A stretch of 64,000 nt of DNA from Clostridiaceae bacterium (lineage in GTDB: Bacteria > Bacillota > Clostridia > Oscillospirales > Acutalibacteraceae), in NCBI GenBank assembly GCA_016295355.1, contig JAEDLK010000005.1, forward strand, positions 1,871 to 65,870, read 5' to 3'. This document shows, one piece after another, positions 52,423 through 61,851 of this stretch. The translations under genes were made by a program, and so were the position numbers. The notes under the pieces were generated by a model. That model saw nothing but the letters and a program-made list of their open reading frames with translations. It did not search any database and was not told the DNA's origin. Within the stretch, counting starts at the first letter, position 1, and every line of letters starts with the position of its first letter.

Positions 52423-53461
52423 CGGTACCCAACTTCATATAGCCCGGGCGAATCATGCCCAGCTTACGCATGGCCTCGCTGATGCCAAGGCATACCACCG
52501 CCGGCAGAACAAACTGCATCACGGCAATCTGCAACAACGCCATACCGGCACTCGTGCCGGCCGCCGTCATGGCCTCAAACGAAGCAAACTGACCTACCAG
52601 TCCGGCACTGCCCATGCCCGAACCGACCGGCGTACTGACCATTTTGAGTACAGCCGAGGAAATCGGTCCTAAAATAGCACTGGAAAGAATGGCCGGTAAC
52701 CAAATCTGCGGGTGTCGCACAATGTTGGGCATTTGCAACATCGAGGTGCCGATCCCCTGCGAAACCAAACCGCCGATCTTGTTTTCCCGATAGCTGATGA
52801 CAGCAAAGCCGACCATATTACAGCAACAACCGATGGTAGCCGCACCTGCCGCCAAACCTGTAATGCCCATGGAAATACCAATGGCAGCCGAAGAAATCGG
52901 CAGAGTCAACAGAATACCCATCAAGGTTGATACAATGATACCGCCGATAATCGGATGTAATGCCACATTATAGTTGACCAAGTTACCGATCCATTTCATA
53001 GCAAAAGAGATGTACGGTCCTACAAAAAAGCCGATCACCGATCCGCTCAACACACAACAAAGCGGTGTAAGAATAATATCCAGCTTGGTTCTGCCGGCCA
53101 CCAACGCACCGATCTCCACCGCCACATAAGCGGCAATAAATGCACCCAACGGTTCGCCGGGAGCACCGAGCTTGAACTGTTCAACCAGTAAATTGGGGAA
53201 AGCACCGACAAAACCGGCCACAGCCGCTGAAACAGAGGTCAGCGTGGACGCCTTCAGCTTACTGGCCACCCCGACACCGATGCCGGCGCCGGTAAGAGTC
53301 TTGGCAAAATTACCGATCACCGTCAGATAAGTACCTACGGTATTAGAGCCGACTAATGCACCGATCTGAACAATAATGGTGCCGATAATCAGCGTTGAGA
53401 ACAACCCCATGGCCATACCGGACAGGCCGTCAATAAACAATCGATTCAAATACTTTTTCAT
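52415..53461 (-). CDS. PTS EIIC_2-family membrane transporter (substrate unknown)
   Basis: Gly/Ala-rich polytopic protein starting MKKYLNRLFIDGLSGMAMGLF. AGGAGGAGG RBS before the ATG at 53461. Family assignment is from memory. Confidence 0.6.
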   Translation of the reverse strand: MKKYLNRLFIDGLSGMAMGLFSTLIIGTIIVQIGALVGSNTVGTYLTVIGNFAKTLTGAGIGVGVASKLKASTLTSVSAAVAGFVGAFPNLLVEQFKLGAPGEPLGAFIAAYVAVEIGALVAGRTKLDIILTPLCCVLSGSVIGFFVGPYISFAMKWIGNLVNYNVALHPIIGGIIVSTLMGILLTLPISSAAIGISMGITGLAAGAATIGCCCNMVGFAVISYRENKIGGLVSQGIGTSMLQMPNIVRHPQIWLPAILSSAILGPISSAVLKMVSTPVGSGMGSAGLVGQFASFEAMTAAGTSAGMALLQIAVMQFVLPAVVCLGISEAMRKLGMIRPGYMKLGTDD

Positions 53462-53598
53462 GTTACCTCCTCCTGCGCTTGCCGAACATCTCGCACGCTT
53501 TTGACGGCCCTGTTTCGGACGTTCATCTCCTAAAACAGCTTTGTGCCGCATCCGCCGAAATATTTTATGTAAAACGCATATCAAAATTTGTTTCGGTC

Positions 53599-53628
53599 AT
53601 TATACTACAGAACAAACAATACTGTCAA
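53599..53628 (-). promoter_or_regulatory. Promoter of the EIIC_2-nth-pdxK operon
   Basis: Minus strand TTGACA (53628..53623), 18-nt spacer, TATAAT (53604..53599). Confidence 0.55.
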
Positions 53629-53663
53629 TTCTTAAGGATAGAATAATGACCTTTTTTCTTTTA

Positions 53664-53710
53664 TAAAACAGCACACAGCAGGGATCATCCCTGCCGTGTT
53701 TTCTTTTTTG
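53664..53710. terminator. Hairpin terminator after the GT4 gene
   Basis: CACAGCAGGG...CCCTGCCGTG stem with U-rich tracts on both strands. Confidence 0.55.
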
Positions 53711-53713
53711 GTT

Positions 53714-55081
53714 TTACGGCCGCCGAATCACATTGTCGAGCTTGTCCTTGGCTTGGTTGCCGATTTTCTGCACACCGGCCTTCCATTCCGCCCCCATCTG
53801 AATGGCACCTGTCTTTAAGGAGTCAAAATGATCCTTACGACGGTTAAAATAATCCATCATAGCAGCGGCCGCATGAAGCATATCATCCGAAAATTGCTCC
53901 CGTTTGGGATAGTGGCCGGCCTGATAGTTGTCAATCACCGTTTCATAGCGAGCAGAGGCTTGCTTTACGGAATCCTCCCAGGACACATATAAGTCATATT
54001 GAGCCGACTCGCCCACCTGTCGAACGGTTTGAAGACAATGGCACAGCTTTGTCAGCATGGCGGCCATGCTGTCGGCGTTTTCCTCAATCAAAAAGCCGTT
54101 GACACCGTCACTGACATCCTCTGCGGCACAGCTGCCTTTAATCAGCACGCTGGGCAGGGCACAAGCGGCAGCCTCACGCACCACCAGCCCGTTGGTATCA
54201 AAGGTGGACGGGAACAAAAACAAGTCTGCACGACAATACCAAGCCCGCAGCACTTCCCTATCGTGAATGGCCGGAGAAAAAAACACCTTGTCATCCAAGC
54301 AAAGCGACCGGGCATAGGCCTTGATTGCATCCTTGTCGGTGCCTTTTCCAATGAACACCATGCGAAAATCAGCACCGTCAGCCTTCAGACGACGCAAGGC
54401 ATCCAACATCAGACGAATGCCCTTATACCACATCATACGACCGACAAACAAAAAGACCGGTACTCCTTTGGGTAAATCAAAACCTTTGGTCGCCTGACAA
54501 ATTTGCTCGTCGTTCACTCGTCCTTTTGGCAAATCCACACCGTTGGGCACAACCACATAACGTCCCTCGTATCCGAGTTTTCGCAGGTTATCCCCTGCCC
54601 CGTTACTGACCGTCCAAACCTCATCGCAGGCCGAAATGTTACTAACCAACAGCTTAAGGGCAATATCCTGTAATTGCTTATTTTTAACAGCGTTGGCAAT
54701 ATCAATATCAAATTTGGTATGATAGGTCAACACCAGCGGTGCCTTAATGCGGTCACGCAACGTGCGTGCCAGCATGGTGGAGGTAATGGGACAATGGCTA
54801 TGAATAATATTAAAATGAGAGGACTGCAACCGGCGCATAACCGATGCCGAAAACGGCATACCGGCACGATACCCTACCAACCGCGTCATGTCCACACTGG
54901 GATACCGAATCACCGGAAACGGCCAGACAGAGTCATCCGTATTGGGATAATACGGGGTTACCACCGATGCTTTGCCGCCGTTTGATGAAATAATTTCTGC
55001 ATAATTCTTCACCGCATTGGACACACCGTCAATCAGCGGCGGAAAGGAATCATTTACAAGACAGACATTCAATGCTCTCAT
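53714..55081 (-). CDS. GT4-family glycosyltransferase (glycolipid-synthase-like) with a C-terminal extension
   Basis: N-terminal NDSFPPLIDGVSNAV, EX7E-region LFLFPSTFDTNGLVVREAAACALP. 455 aa. Confidence 0.8.
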   Translation of the reverse strand: MRALNVCLVNDSFPPLIDGVSNAVKNYAEIISSNGGKASVVTPYYPNTDDSVWPFPVIRYPSVDMTRLVGYRAGMPFSASVMRRLQSSHFNIIHSHCPITSTMLARTLRDRIKAPLVLTYHTKFDIDIANAVKNKQLQDIALKLLVSNISACDEVWTVSNGAGDNLRKLGYEGRYVVVPNGVDLPKGRVNDEQICQATKGFDLPKGVPVFLFVGRMMWYKGIRLMLDALRRLKADGADFRMVFIGKGTDKDAIKAYARSLCLDDKVFFSPAIHDREVLRAWYCRADLFLFPSTFDTNGLVVREAAACALPSVLIKGSCAAEDVSDGVNGFLIEENADSMAAMLTKLCHCLQTVRQVGESAQYDLYVSWEDSVKQASARYETVIDNYQAGHYPKREQFSDDMLHAAAAMMDYFNRRKDHFDSLKTGAIQMGAEWKAGVQKIGNQAKDKLDNVIRRP

Positions 55082-55117
55082 TACCTCACCGTCCTTTCAA
55101 GGAGAGTTTTTTATATT

Positions 55118-55146
55118 AGTATACCAAAAAAAGCGGTTTGTTGCAA
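55118..55146 (-). promoter_or_regulatory. Promoter of the GT4 gene
   Basis: Minus strand TTGCAA (55146..55141), 17-nt spacer, TATACT (55123..55118). Confidence 0.5.
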
Positions 55147-55171
55147 GCGGTTTTGAGCAACCAACAAACCG
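55125..55171 (-). terminator. Terminator of the AbrB-like/ABC operon
   Basis: Minus strand CGGTTTGTTG-18 nt-CAACAAACCG followed by CTTTTTTTGG. Confidence 0.6.
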
Positions 55172-55227
55172 ACACAGATGATGGATTTTGGGAATAAGGA
55201 TCTGTTGTTCTTGCACAAATCCAAGAT

Positions 55228-55265
55228 AGAATCTCCCCGTCGGCAACGGCCGACGGGGAGATTCT
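55228..55265. other. Perfect 17-bp hairpin flanking repeat copy B
   Basis: AGAATCTCCCCGTCGGC-AACG-GCCGACGGGGAGATTCT. No adjacent U-tract. Confidence 0.8.
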
Positions 55266-55279
55266 ACACCTATTTCCTT

Positions 55280-55486
55280 ATAATGGTTATAGATAGTCGA
55301 AATAGTGGTTAAATACACGATTTCGACACCAAATCTTCGATTTGGTAGAAAATTTTCAAAGAAAATTTGTCGATACCATGGCCATGAATATAGAGCAAAT
55401 TCAAAAACTTGCGTATTCGAATTTGCAAAAGCCGATAAAATCGGCTTATCGAAACGCTTTCCAGCGTTTGGATATTCTATAGTCAT
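55280..55486 (-). repeat. Hairpin-rich ~208-nt element, copy B (inverted relative to copy A)
   Basis: Its reverse complement aligns end to end with 44651..44858. On the minus strand it starts at the last base of the permease stop codon. Confidence 0.8.
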
Positions 55487-56139
55487 TATAAATCCAACTG
55501 TTCAAAACGTTTAACGCAAAAGCGATAGGACAAAAGTGTGGTTGTGACAAAGAACACAAGACCGAACGCAAAAACAGCCAGTTGTACGTCCATATCGGTA
55601 AAACCGGTTGCATTAAGCCCGGCACATCCCGGTAAATAGTGTAGGCTTTCTCCCACAAGGACGGCAATAAAGGCGAACACGATAAAGCGAATAAACGCTC
55701 CTGCAAATCGGTAGGCCGTGCGGAAGAAACCACACAAAAAGCAGGCCTGGAAAAGGCCAAACACAATCAGTGCAAAACCTAAGAACACAAAGTTTGCGTT
55801 CATCAGTGCATTGCCGACATATGGGCCGGCATCACACAGAAAAATCATGCGAATCAGCGTGATCATCGCCATCAGCAAAAAGGCCACCAGCTCAATGGTC
55901 ACCGTAAAGACAAATTTGGCCAACACCACATCCCGTTTTTTAACCGGCAACAAAGCCGTGTACAGGATGTCGTTGTTTTCCCGCCCCTGCTGAAAGCTCT
56001 GGAAAATACCCATGCAAACAAAGAAAGCCCCTATTAAGATCGGATAGCCCGGGAAAAAGGTCAACAGCGAAAAAGCAATAAACAAAAACGAAAGCACCGA
56101 TGCCGTTAGTCGACATTCTTTTTTCAATAATTTAAGCAT
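55486..56139 (-). CDS. ABC-2-type transporter permease
   Basis: Six TM segments. The ATG at 56139 overlaps the ATPase stop (ATGCTTAA). Confidence 0.7.
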   Translation of the reverse strand: MLKLLKKECRLTASVLSFLFIAFSLLTFFPGYPILIGAFFVCMGIFQSFQQGRENNDILYTALLPVKKRDVVLAKFVFTVTIELVAFLLMAMITLIRMIFLCDAGPYVGNALMNANFVFLGFALIVFGLFQACFLCGFFRTAYRFAGAFIRFIVFAFIAVLVGESLHYLPGCAGLNATGFTDMDVQLAVFAFGLVFFVTTTLLSYRFCVKRFEQLDL

Positions 56140-56989
56140 GAGATTCACCCTCTTTGTTCTTTTCAAGATGTCCCATAATATCTTGCAAATCCGGAAGGGT
56201 CATTTCGGCCCCGTCGAACCACCGGGCATCCTCGGCTAACACCAAGCCTGTGTTGCCTTTTTTCGAGCAGCAAACGCCTAAAAGATGTTGCTCCTGCTCC
56301 GGCGTGACACTTTCGGGCAAATGAACCAACCGATAGGTATTGATAAAATCCTCGGTCGTCTTAGAGGCCACAATGCTTCCCTGCTTCATGTAGGTAATAA
56401 TATCGGCGCATTTTTCCAAATCCGAGGTGATATGGGTGGAAAACAAAATGGCAACACCCTCGCCGGCTAAATCCAGGAAGATTTCCAACAGTTCGTCTCT
56501 GGACACGGGATCCAATCCGCTGGTCGGCTCATCCAACAACAAAAGCCGTGCCTTGTGGGACAAAGCCAACACCAAGTTGAATTTGACCTTCATACCTTCG
56601 GACAGATCCATCACCCGTTTGTTTTCATTCAAAGCAAAGCGAGCCATGTACCGCCGGTAGGCATCCTCATCCCAATTTTCATAGAAAGTCTTGGTCACGC
56701 TCACGATTTCCTTGAGCGTTTTGCGCAGATAATAATGAGCGCCACCCGAAGCATAGCCGATATCCGCCTTAATGTCCGTTTCATGCGCGGCGAAATCAAG
56801 TCCGAAAAAGCGAACCGTGCCGCTTGACGGATGAGCCAAATTTTGAATACAGCGAAGAGTGGTGGTTTTGCCGGCCCCGTTTCGGCCGATAAATCCCATG
56901 ATTTTTCCTTCTTCCAAAGAAAAACAGACATTGTTCAAGGCAAAACCCTCATAGACCTTGCACAGGTTTTCCACCTCTAAAACCTTCAT
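56132..56989 (-). CDS. ABC transporter ATP-binding protein
   Basis: Walker A GRNGAGKTT, signature LSEGMKVK, Walker B LLLLDEPTSGLD. Confidence 0.9.
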   Translation of the reverse strand: MKVLEVENLCKVYEGFALNNVCFSLEEGKIMGFIGRNGAGKTTTLRCIQNLAHPSSGTVRFFGLDFAAHETDIKADIGYASGGAHYYLRKTLKEIVSVTKTFYENWDEDAYRRYMARFALNENKRVMDLSEGMKVKFNLVLALSHKARLLLLDEPTSGLDPVSRDELLEIFLDLAGEGVAILFSTHITSDLEKCADIITYMKQGSIVASKTTEDFINTYRLVHLPESVTPEQEQHLLGVCCSKKGNTGLVLAEDARWFDGAEMTLPDLQDIMGHLEKNKEGESHA

Positions 56990-56991
56990 GC

Positions 56992-57300
56992 TTAACCCTC
57001 CTCTTGCGGCGGTTGTTCATCAAAGATCCGCTGTGCCATTCGATCAAGAAGCCCCTTGGGCGGAATCGCAATACCACGGTTAATATCCGCTAAAACCAAA
57101 ATGGAATCCCCCGGCTTAAAGCCGAAAAGATCTCTGGCCTGCTTGGGAATAACAAACTGCCCCTTTTCGCCGATTCTCACTGTCCAGGCATACTTGCCCT
57201 GTGCCGGGCACTCTGAGTGCCGTGACTGTTCGTGGACAGTTGGCTGATTCTCTTGCTCGACAGACGTTTCCCCCGTCGTTTTTCGCTCCACGCTTTTCAT
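56992..57300 (-). CDS. AbrB/MazE/SpoVT-family DNA-binding protein
   Basis: SpoVT-AbrB domain pattern RIGEKGQFVIPKQARDLFGFKPGDSILVL. First gene of the ABC operon. Confidence 0.75.
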   Translation of the reverse strand: MKSVERKTTGETSVEQENQPTVHEQSRHSECPAQGKYAWTVRIGEKGQFVIPKQARDLFGFKPGDSILVLADINRGIAIPPKGLLDRMAQRIFDEQPPQEEG

Positions 57301-57332
57301 CGTATCACCTCAAAGTATGATTTATACAACTA

Positions 57333-57360
57333 ATTATACTATTCATACCATTTTTGTCAA
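57333..57360 (-). promoter_or_regulatory. Promoter of the AbrB-like/ABC operon
   Basis: Minus strand TTGACA (57360..57355), 16-nt spacer, TATAAT (57338..57333). Confidence 0.55.
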
Positions 57361-57495
57361 GTGTTCCTACTGTTTTTTCATATTTTATCTGTGCTCTTTG
57401 CCGTTTTCGCAAAGCTCACTGCGAAATCACAGCCACTATTTACCGGGATGGTTATGATTGGAAATAAGACGTTCGCGACGCCAAATTGTTTTTGA

Positions 57496-57524
57496 TTGCC
57501 AAAGCGTGAAATTTGCTGTATAAT
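57496..57524 (+). promoter_or_regulatory. Promoter of the alaX-like gene
   Basis: TTGCCA, 17-nt spacer, extended -10 TGTATAAT (57517..57524). Confidence 0.5.
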
Positions 57525-57637
57525 ATAAAACAGATGTCGAAGAAGGTCAAAGCCCAATGCGTGACTCATAGAAGGTTTCGTTTCACTTTGACTTGTCGCC
57601 TGTCATAGAAATACCCAATGGAAACGGACGGATGTAT

Positions 57638-58789
57638 ATGACCCGAAAACTCTACGATGAAGACAGTTTTGCCACACAGTTTACAGCCACGGTACTCTCC
57701 TGCGAAAAGGGCAAGCACGGTTGGCTTGTGGTCACGGACGCCACCCTCTTTTTTCCGACAGAGGGCGGTCAAAGCTTTGATACCGGCCTGTTGGGGAATC
57801 AGCGTGTAACCGATGTTCTGTTACAGCCGGACGGCACCATTGTTCATCAAACCGACGGTCCTGTCAGCGGTACCATAAGCGGTGTCATTGACTTCGAACC
57901 CCGTTTTCGTAAAATGCAAAATCACACCGGCGAGCATATATTATCGGGACTTATTTACCGTGCCTACGGCTATGAGAATGTCGGCTTTCACCTGGGCGAC
58001 ACCGAGGTGACCATGGATGTCGGCGGTGTACTGACTGCCGAGCAGATTGAAGCGCTTGAACGGCAGGCCAACGAGGTCATTTGGAAAGATTTGCCGGTAA
58101 CGGCCTGTTATCCCGATGAGCAGACGCTCTCACATCTTTCATTTCGTTCCAAAAAGGATTCGTATGAGCACACCCGTATTGTCACCATTGAATCGGTGGA
58201 TTGCTGTGCCTGTTGTGCGCCTCATGTACGCTCCACCGGACAAGTCGGTCAAATCAAGATTCTCTCTTTTGCCTCAAACCGCGGCGGCACTCGTTTGTTG
58301 ATCGCCTGCGGCCGTGATGCGCTTGACTATGCGGCCGACATACATCGGCAAATTAAGCAGATTTCGGCCGCCCTTAAAGCCCCTAAGCACCAAACGGCCG
58401 AAGCCGTTTTGTCCTTGCAAAAGGAAAACGAACGGTTACAGTTTGAACTCATCGGCCTTAAACGCTCTGTTTTACAAAGCAAAGTCGAAAGCCTTCCAAT
58501 CAAAAAAGGCAACCTTTGCTATTTCGGCGAGGATTTATCTCGGGATGACCGAATCTATCTGCTGAATTTGCTAAAGGAAAAATGTGATGGCCTGTGTGCC
58601 GTGTTAAGCGGTAACGACGCCGTCGGGTATGCCTTTGTGTTAAGTGCTCAAACGCCGTCGTTGCAAAAAGAAGCCGCCGACCTGATGACCTGTTTGAACG
58701 GTCGAGGCGGCGGACAAAAGGGTTGTATGCAGGGCGTTTTTTATGCCAAAAAGCAACAGATTCTTACTTGCTTTAATGACCCTGTATGA
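57638..58789 (+). CDS. Alanyl-tRNA editing protein AlaX-L
   Basis: HTGEHILSG and CCACCAPHV zinc motifs of the AlaRS editing domain, plus a C-terminal DHHA1-like region. Start at 57632 or 57638. Confidence 0.8.
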   Translation: MTRKLYDEDSFATQFTATVLSCEKGKHGWLVVTDATLFFPTEGGQSFDTGLLGNQRVTDVLLQPDGTIVHQTDGPVSGTISGVIDFEPRFRKMQNHTGEHILSGLIYRAYGYENVGFHLGDTEVTMDVGGVLTAEQIEALERQANEVIWKDLPVTACYPDEQTLSHLSFRSKKDSYEHTRIVTIESVDCCACCAPHVRSTGQVGQIKILSFASNRGGTRLLIACGRDALDYAADIHRQIKQISAALKAPKHQTAEAVLSLQKENERLQFELIGLKRSVLQSKVESLPIKKGNLCYFGEDLSRDDRIYLLNLLKEKCDGLCAVLSGNDAVGYAFVLSAQTPSLQKEAADLMTCLNGRGGGQKGCMQGVFYAKKQQILTCFNDPV

Positions 58790-59471
58790 AAATATCCCGA
58801 TAAGCGGCCGAGGAAGCCAAGGAAACATAATCCTCCCCTGCCACAATAATGTGGTCTATTAAATGGATCCCGAGGGGTTCGAGAATATCCCGAATCATTT
58901 CGGTGATGCAGATGTCGGCCTTTGAAGGCAACGCGATACCGCCGGGATGATTGTGGCACAACACAACCTCGCTGGCACGGGTGCGCAGCACCGTTTCCAC
59001 AACCTTGCGGGTGCTGACACCGACCGAGGAAATATCGCCCTCGCCCACCACATCACAGGATAAGAACTTGCGTTTATTGTTCAGGCTCATCACGGTGAGC
59101 TTTTCATCAATACAATTGCCGTAATACACCAAAAAATAAGTGCCGATTTCATCCAAAGTGGTCATATACTCTTTTTGAGCACCCTTTTCCATGCGGTACA
59201 GAACGGAGGTTTCCTTTATCATTTGAAACAACTGGCAGGTACGCTTGGTAATATGCGGAAATGCCAATAATTCCTTTTCGGGGGCATCCATGACCGCCGA
59301 AACGGTGTGATACCGGTTCAGCAGCAAATGTGCCAATTCATTGGTATCATGTCGGGGAATCGAAAAGAACAGAATGATCTCCAGTTTTTCATGATCTTTC
59401 ATTCCGTGAAATCCGTTTTGGCTGAATTTTGCTAACATTCGTTCCCTGTGACCGTCATGAATTCCGGGCAT
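58773..59471 (-). CDS. radC: RadC-family (JAB/MPN) protein
   Basis: HhH-like N-terminus and JAMM motif VLCHNHPGG...SKAD. Confidence 0.85.
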   Translation of the reverse strand: MPGIHDGHRERMLAKFSQNGFHGMKDHEKLEIILFFSIPRHDTNELAHLLLNRYHTVSAVMDAPEKELLAFPHITKRTCQLFQMIKETSVLYRMEKGAQKEYMTTLDEIGTYFLVYYGNCIDEKLTVMSLNNKRKFLSCDVVGEGDISSVGVSTRKVVETVLRTRASEVVLCHNHPGGIALPSKADICITEMIRDILEPLGIHLIDHIIVAGEDYVSLASSAAYRDIFIQGH

Positions 59472-59562
59472 ATCCGTTCCCTCCCCTCGTTTTCTTCTCT
59501 ATCATACTACAAATAATAACAAAATCCAATCTTTTTTTCAATTTTTTCTAAGGTGATTATGT

Positions 59563-60546
59563 ATGAAGGTATTGACCGTAACAAAAAATGATGCCGGTCA
59601 GCGTTTAGACAAATTCATATCGAAGGCAGCCCCGCAATTACCGCCTGCTTTGCTATATAAAAATATTCGGCTCAAGAATATTAAAGTCAACGGCAAGCGT
59701 GCGCAAATCAACACCCGTTTGTGCGAAAACGATGTTGTTTCGGCCTATTTACCGGATGATTTTTTTGCCAAAATGCCGCCGCATTATGATTTTCTGCGCG
59801 CCGGTGATCAGCTCACCGTGGTTTATGAGGATGAAAATATCCTTTTGGCAGACAAACCGCAGGGACTGCTGGTACATCCCGATAAAAATGAATACTCTGA
59901 TACCCTCATCGGTCGCATTCAGAAATACCTTTACAAAAAAGGTTGTTATAACCCCGAGGATGAGAATGCCTTTCATCCGGCCTTAGCCAACCGCATCGAC
60001 CGCAACACCGGCGGTTTAGTCATCGCCGCCAAAAACGCCCGAGCCCTACGAATTTTATGCGACAAAATCAAAAGCCGCGAAATCGACAAGCGATATTTGG
60101 CCTTGGTGCATGGCATTCCCGATAAAAAGGAAGCTACACTGACCGGCTATTTGGAAAAAAACGAGCAAAAGAACAAGGTCTTTTTGCAAAAGCAAAAAAC
60201 CGCTGACAACCGAACAATTGTGACCCGGTACCGGGTTTTGAAGGCTAAAAACAATATGGCGTTATTGGAAATCGAACTGCTGACAGGACGCACCCATCAA
60301 ATCCGTGCCCACATGGCAAGCATCGGACATCCGTTGGTAGGCGACGGCAAGTACGGAACATTGGCCGCCGATAAGAAGAACGGGTTTTCTCGTCAGGCGC
60401 TTTACTCCTATTCGTTGCAGTTTTGCTTTAAGGAGGACGCCGATATTCTCAACAATCTAAACGGTCAGCGATTCTGTGTTGACGATGTTTGGTTTGCCCG
60501 TCAAATATTCGGCGTAAGAGTGGCCGATTTAATCCATCAACCATAA
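59563..60546 (+). CDS. RluA-family pseudouridine synthase with an S4 domain
   Basis: S4-like N-terminus. Catalytic motif ANRIDRNTGGLVIAAK. GRTHQIRAH motif. Confidence 0.85.
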   Translation: MKVLTVTKNDAGQRLDKFISKAAPQLPPALLYKNIRLKNIKVNGKRAQINTRLCENDVVSAYLPDDFFAKMPPHYDFLRAGDQLTVVYEDENILLADKPQGLLVHPDKNEYSDTLIGRIQKYLYKKGCYNPEDENAFHPALANRIDRNTGGLVIAAKNARALRILCDKIKSREIDKRYLALVHGIPDKKEATLTGYLEKNEQKNKVFLQKQKTADNRTIVTRYRVLKAKNNMALLEIELLTGRTHQIRAHMASIGHPLVGDGKYGTLAADKKNGFSRQALYSYSLQFCFKEDADILNNLNGQRFCVDDVWFARQIFGVRVADLIHQP

Positions 60547-60570
60547 TTCAGTGATAAGGAGTTGCCTGTT

Positions 60571-61536
60571 ATGAAACATTCCGCCCCTCTGCCCCCGCCG
60601 TACAGTGCCGAAAAAGCGTATACGCGTGTATCTCTTTCTCTGTTCTGTTATCTGCTGACAAGTCTGATTCTCTCTATGATCATTTCCGCCGTTGCCATGA
60701 ATGTGAATCCATCCCTTATCAACAACGATTTGTTTGAACTGGGTGTCATGGTGTTCAGTCAATACATCATCGGTATTTTACTTGTCTTTCTCATTGTACG
60801 AAAACTGCCGGTCTATCGATATATGCCCGAGCGGATGACATGTAGCAGCTTTTTAGGCACCTTTACAGCCTGTGTGGCCATCGCTTTTGTCGGCAATCAG
60901 ATCGGCAGACTCATCACCGCCCTTTTGGAAAACCAGTTAGGGTATGACATCACCGATCGATTGGAGCAAACATTGGACGGTCCGCACGCCTTGATCAGCT
61001 ACACGCTTGTGGCTGTGTTAGGGCCGATTATGGAGGAGGTCTTATTCCGTCATTTGCTCTTGGACCGTCTGCGTCCCTACGGCGAAAAGAATGCCCTGCT
61101 TTTTACCGCTGTGACCTTCGGACTCTCGCACGGCAATGTTATGCAATTATTCTATGCGACCGGCGTCGGTTTGGTTCTCGGGTATGTCTATTTGCGCACC
61201 AAAAATTTCTGGTATCCGATTTTACTGCATTGTCTGTTCAACTTACTGTTGGGTGTTTTGCCGGCCTTTATTCAGCGGATTTATCCGGATTCTGTCGCAG
61301 GTGTGGGTGAAGGAATGCTGTTTTTGGGTCTATTGACCGTTTTTGAACTGGTTGCAACCGTTGTGGGCATCATTTGGCTCATTCGCAAACGAAAACAACT
61401 GTATCTGCCGGGCAATGCCTTTGCCATCAAAAAAGGCCGGGTGTTTACAACCGTTTATTTGAATGTCGGCACTATCCTATATTTTGTGCTGGTTTTGGCA
61501 ATATTTGTTTTGGGTATTTTACCACAAAACGGTTGA
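60571..61536 (+). CDS. CPBP-family intramembrane glutamic endopeptidase
   Basis: EEVLFR, FGLSHG and HCLFN motifs. AAGGAG 9 nt before the ATG at 60571. Confidence 0.8.
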   Translation: MKHSAPLPPPYSAEKAYTRVSLSLFCYLLTSLILSMIISAVAMNVNPSLINNDLFELGVMVFSQYIIGILLVFLIVRKLPVYRYMPERMTCSSFLGTFTACVAIAFVGNQIGRLITALLENQLGYDITDRLEQTLDGPHALISYTLVAVLGPIMEEVLFRHLLLDRLRPYGEKNALLFTAVTFGLSHGNVMQLFYATGVGLVLGYVYLRTKNFWYPILLHCLFNLLLGVLPAFIQRIYPDSVAGVGEGMLFLGLLTVFELVATVVGIIWLIRKRKQLYLPGNAFAIKKGRVFTTVYLNVGTILYFVLVLAIFVLGILPQNG

Positions 61537-61561
61537 TAATAGCTGTGGGAGGTTAAAACCC

Positions 61562-61765
61562 ATGTCACATAAAAAAGACAGCAAACCGCTGTTAGAAATC
61601 TCCGTTAACCCCGTTCACGGTATTCCCCATTCCTCGTTCGACATGATCAATAAGTACGGCACCTATCAAGTACAAGATACCGCCAACACGCCGAACGAAT
61701 ATCCAACCATTTCACAAGGGTTGGCCAAAAGGGACAAGGCGATACGGGAAAACCAAAAGACCTAA
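61562..61765 (+). CDS. 67-aa hydrophilic protein of unknown function
   Basis: GGGAGG RBS 9 nt before the ATG at 61562 (MSHKKDSKPLLEISVNP...). Followed by a terminator. Confidence 0.4.
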   Translation: MSHKKDSKPLLEISVNPVHGIPHSSFDMINKYGTYQVQDTANTPNEYPTISQGLAKRDKAIRENQKT

Positions 61766-61792
61766 CGGCGGTCGGTTTCCTACCCAAGGAAA

Positions 61793-61831
61793 AGAGTCTG
61801 TAAAGGCAACAGCTTTTACAGACTCTTTTTT
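61793..61831. terminator. Terminator between convergent genes
   Basis: AGAGTCTGTAAA-10 nt-TTTACAGACTCT followed by TTTTT. Confidence 0.7.
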
Positions 61832-61851
61832 GTGTATCACCGAACAATGCG

